A stretch of 63,547 bases of DNA, the filler included, from Lenisia limosa (taxonomy: Eukaryota > Protista > Breviatea), in NCBI GenBank assembly GCA_001655205.1. It is 16 parts of 16 records of this genome, joined end to end, with 100 filler letters (N's around TTAATTAATTAA, not from the genome) between each part and the next. Parts side by side here need not be neighbours in the genome. Positions count along the whole stretch, not along the records: positions 61,724 to 63,547 come from LPNZ01006202.1; 15 more parts are not named here. One strand, given 5' to 3'. How positions within the stretch are numbered: the stretch's first letter is position 1; every line of letters begins with the position of its first letter. The notes below the pieces were generated by a model. The model was not told the DNA's origin and did not search any database. It saw only the letters and a list, made by a program, of their open reading frames with translations. Shown here piece by piece: positions 61,748 through 63,547 of this stretch. Both the position numbers and the translations under genes were made by a program.

Positions 61748-63129
61748 CTCCATTTCAACGATATACTACATCGCTACGGCAGCCCTGTGGTTTGCTTCAA
61801 CATAATCAAAGCGTTCGAGAAAATCCCTAGGTAAAATGGACAGCATTGTATTATGATGCTATTATGGCAGTGTCATTATATTATGTAGTAGCTGAATACT
61901 ATGATAATAAGATAATTCAATACATCTCATCACCAAGATGGTGTGGAAGACATTGGTCAGATACAACCTTATTTTTTATTTCCCATTGCTATCTAAATTG
62001 TTATTGCTGCAATATTATTATTATTGATGATTTAGAGAGTCGAAACTGGCCGAGTCGTTTTCAGACGCAGTGACCTTCCTACAAAGTGGGGGGGGGGGNN
62101 NNNNNNNNNNNNNNNNNNNNNNNNNNNNNNNNNNNNNNNNNNNNNNNNNNNNNNNNNNNNNNNNNNNNNNNNNNNNNNNNNNNNNNNNNNNNNNNNNNNN
62201 NNNNNNNNNNNNNNNNNNNNNNNNNNNNNNNNNNNNNNNNNNNNNNNNNNNCCCAGGAACTCTCCCCGAACATCTCAAGATCACGTACACACATTGGGAC
62301 ATCCACTTCGCCAAAAAGACGCGAGATGAGGACGTCATCCGAAGCCTTCAGCATTTTGGAGCTAAGGTGGGGTAGGGAGTGTTTTACAATTAATAGACAA
62401 GAGAGGAACAAAACCCTGAGATAAAACAAAGGTTCAAACAGTTAGAGAAAGCAATAAAAAAAGAGAGAAAAAGTATTATTAAAAAAAAAAAAGAGAGAGA
62501 GAGAAAGCAGAATTACTTGAGAAAACCACAAATACCGAGAAAACCAGAATTTTGAACGGTCGCNNNNNNNNNNNNNNNNNNNNNNNNNNNNNNNNNNNNN
62601 NNNNNNNNNNNNNNNNNNNNNNNNNNNNNNNNNNNNNNNNNNNNNNNNNNNNNNNNNNNNNNNNNNNNNNNNNNNNNNNNNNNNNNNNNNNNNNNNNNNN
62701 NNNNNNNNNNNNNNNNNNNNNNNNNNNNNNNNNATGTCCTGACTACTTCTCTCCGGTCCCGTCGGGGTCGTCCGTGGGGGGTGGGAGTTTATGTGTAGTA
62801 TGTATTATAATTATAATTACTATATGAAAATACATGTACAATAATATATAATATGATAGAAAAGCAATAAATAATAATAATTAAAAAAAAAAGTTTTTTT
62901 ATTCTTGGGGTACTATGGGCATGAAGGGGATAGGGGGGTNNNNNNNNNNNNNNNNNNNNNNNNNNNNNNNNNNNNNNNNNNNNNNNNNNNNNNNNNNNNN
63001 NNNNNNNNNNNNNNNNNNNNNNNNNNNNNNNNNNNNNATTTGATTTTTCTTCAGCTAGACGTTGGGTTGGTGTCAACCATTTCACCGCCAGTATCGCGGA
63101 CAAATTCCCCAATGAAAATCCAAAAACGT
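61748..63129 (+). CDS. FIG4: SAC-domain phosphoinositide phosphatase FIG4-like, internal part
   Basis: LHFNDILHRYGSPVVCFNIIKAFEKIPR|ESKLAESFSDAVTFL...LPEHLKITYTHWD resembles FIG4 LHF..M..RFGSPIIILNLVK..EK. Confidence 0.75.
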
Positions 63130-63142
63130 GTGGTTGGGGCCT

Positions 63143-63279
63143 GAGCTTCACTTCGGTTTGAAAAAGACCTGTAAAATATCTATACTTCTTGAGTTCTTGT
63201 GGGTTTATTGAGGACTTATATCGAAGGTTAATGGAGTTTTTTCAAGAAATTTAGTTTTTTTTCGAATCGAAGTGAGCCC
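63143..63279. mobile_element. MITE family A copy (long)
   Basis: GAGCTTCACTTCGG...CGAAGTGAGCCC. Confidence 0.65.
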
Positions 63280-63547
63280 CAGTTGTGTCCACAGAATTGA
63301 TTTTGGGCTTTCTTTTAAATTCCAACTTTATTCCCTCTCCTCATTAATCACCAGTTGTTTTAGACTTTTTTTGTTCATAAGAGTTTCAATTTTACTGGTT
63401 GCTCGTGTTTGTTATTGCTTGTTTTTTTTTTGCTGTTTTTCGCTGGTTTGGAGTTTCAGATTATTCTGTTCTTGATTAGTACCTTTACGCCAATTCTTCA
63501 TTGAAACTTCCTTCGTTTTACGTACGCTGGAGTGATGGGATGCGGTG

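Noticed and set aside
282-63151. Long ORFs in the supplied track that contain X runs
   Set aside because: They are open only because Ns hide stops. Real genes are short exons that need splicing.

Overview
This is a gappy, intron-rich draft scaffold from a unicellular eukaryote; the lineage cannot be assigned from the sequence. It uses the standard code and canonical GT-AG introns, with about 27 tightly packed multi-exon genes reconstructed by hand, so all coordinates are approximate spans. Recognisable genes are a TEP1-like TROVE/DUF4062 protein, ATG11/RB1CC1-like, RNF25-like, RCHY1/Pirh2, PPTC7, tRNA-Ser(AGA), JMJD4-like, a stand-alone ~180-aa N-terminal piece of V-ATPase subunit a, an RCC1-like protein, PinX1-like, eIF3d, an SGT-like C-terminus, a Tc1-like HTH remnant, LSm8, a kinesin, a membrane nucleotidyl cyclase, an ADAMTS-like TSP1-repeat protein and FIG4. 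The 100-nt N-TTAATTAATTAA-N blocks are assembly linkers. The most unusual signal is in the introns. First, three repeat families (C, D, E) lie almost only in the sense orientation; C and D supply the 3' splice site, C and E each form one whole intron, and they stack head-to-tail. Second, degenerate donors are followed by G-runs and acceptors are preceded by C-runs. Third, short tandem duplications repeatedly span splice sites. Fourth, at least four palindromic MITE families are present, one with roughly 25 copies.
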